In this document: piece by piece, positions 45,444 to 46,116 of the stretch | How the letters are laid out: every line of letters starts with the position of its first letter | Position numbering within the stretch: the first letter of the stretch is position 1 | From: Bacteroidota bacterium | GTDB taxonomy: Bacteria > Bacteroidota > Bacteroidia > M30B66 | Direction: 5' to 3' | Length of the DNA stretch: 46,116 bases | Assembly: GCA_947459155.1 (NCBI GenBank) | Contig: CANHCM010000002.1 | Span: 1-46,116, forward strand | Made by a program: the position numbers and the translations under genes | The notes under the pieces: generated by a model | The model's database searches: none | What the model was told of the DNA's origin: nothing | Seen by the model: only the letters and a program-made list of their open reading frames with translations

Positions 45444-45494
45444 CCTAAAAAGGAAACAAGGCTTAAAGTGGAACCTTGTCCCCCTTAAGCCTTG
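45444..45494 (-). terminator. Intrinsic terminator downstream of citrate synthase
   Basis: A 10-bp inverted repeat, CAAGGCTTAA (45457-45466) and TTAAGCCTTG (45485-45494), with an 18-nt loop. On the minus strand it is followed by TTTCCTTTTT. Confidence 0.55.
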
Positions 45495-45513
45495 GTATAG
45501 CAAGTTTTAATGC

Positions 45514-46116
45514 TTAGGAATTCGCCAATTGCGCTTGAATTCTTTTCTTCAATCCTTCAGAAGTAATGCTTCCGGGGCGTTCGATAGGGAGACCCATTGC
45601 GCGGCTGATGGTTAATTGTGCTAAAACACCCAGTGCTCTTGATACACCGAAAAGCACAGTAAAGAAATCGTACTCCTTAATGCCGTAATGAATGAGTAGA
45701 GCTCCGGAGTGAGCATCAACATTTGGCCAAGGGTTTTGAATTTTTTTGATGGACCCTAGAATTCCAGGCACCACATCATACACTCTCCAAACAATATTAC
45801 AAATGTCGTCGTCGGGCATGTATTTCTTGGCAAAATCCATCTGAGCAGTGAAGCGTGGATCTGTTTTACGAAGTACGGCATGTCCATACCCTGGAACAAC
45901 TTTTCCTTCTGAAAGTGTACGATTTACATACTGAGCAATTTGCTCACTGGTAGGCAAACCTCCACCAAGATCTTTTTGTAAATCTAAAATCCAACGAATA
46001 ACTTCTTGATTTGCCAATCCATGCAGTGGGCCGGCCAAACCGTTAATTCCGGCTGAGAAGGAGTAATAAGCATCGCTCAGGGCTGAGCCTACCAGATGTG
46101 TTGCATGCGCAGAAAC
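45514..46116 (-). CDS. gltA: Citrate synthase (C-terminal ~200 codons; 5' end off the right edge)
   Basis: [12 protein letters not shown] and the following region are typical of the eukaryote-like citrate synthases found in Bacteroidota. The frame stays open upstream of the track Met to position 46116. Confidence 0.88.
   Translation of the reverse strand, partial: VSAHATHLVGSALSDAYYSFSAGINGLAGPLHGLANQEVIRWILDLQKDLGGGLPTSEQIAQYVNRTLSEGKVVPGYGHAVLRKTDPRFTAQMDFAKKYMPDDDICNIVWRVYDVVPGILGSIKKIQNPWPNVDAHSGALLIHYGIKEYDFFTVLFGVSRALGVLAQLTISRAMGLPIERPGSITSEGLKKRIQAQLANS

Noticed and set aside
1-46116. Mobile elements, CRISPR arrays, tRNA/rRNA genes and defence systems
   Set aside because: No transposase, integrase or Cas-like ORFs are present. 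I saw no regularly spaced direct repeats, no tRNA-like T-arm/acceptor patterns in the intergenic regions, and no nuclease/ATPase gene pairs typical of defence islands.

Overview
The window looks like a Bacteroidota chromosome. Supporting signs are a UpxY-type NusG paralogue, TAnnTTTG-type promoter boxes, no Shine-Dalgarno sequences, an FtsL-like protein of the Bacteroidota type and a eukaryote-like citrate synthase. Positions 1-12.4 kb are housekeeping: the dcw start (mraZ-rsmH-ftsL-ftsI, minus strand), an alpha/beta hydrolase, gatC, a CGC bacilliredoxin-like protein, a polyprenyl diphosphate synthase, dnaG, a 525-aa orphan helical protein and hrpB. Positions 12.45-43.9 kb form one tightly packed surface-glycan locus of about 31.5 kb. 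It encodes GDP-L-fucose synthesis (gmd, fcl), a UpxY-like antiterminator with a wHTH regulator, and the ABC exporter Wzm/Wzt. It also carries a pseudaminic-acid (Pse) module in which pseB, pseC, a PseH-like GNAT, pseI and an SpsF-type cytidylyltransferase are interleaved with tailoring genes. Those tailoring genes are an AKR, an SDR, two methyltransferases, an epimerase::ATP-grasp fusion and a HAD hydrolase. The rest of the locus has an orphan GT-B-like protein, two GT11 alpha-1,2-fucosyltransferases, two FkbM-type methyltransferases, four GT2, two GT4, one more epimerase, and a WbuX/WbuY/WbuZ-type trio that makes acetamidino sugars. The right edge returns to housekeeping (rdgB, dedA-family, partial citrate synthase). 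I found no rRNA, tRNA, CRISPR array, transposase or integrase. The most interesting part is the non-canonical Pse module, which has no PseG and many tailoring enzymes. Its context adds to this: a Wzt with a long C-terminal domain and an orphan candidate nonulosonate transferase. All functional calls rest on motifs and by-eye similarity and need HMM/BLAST confirmation.
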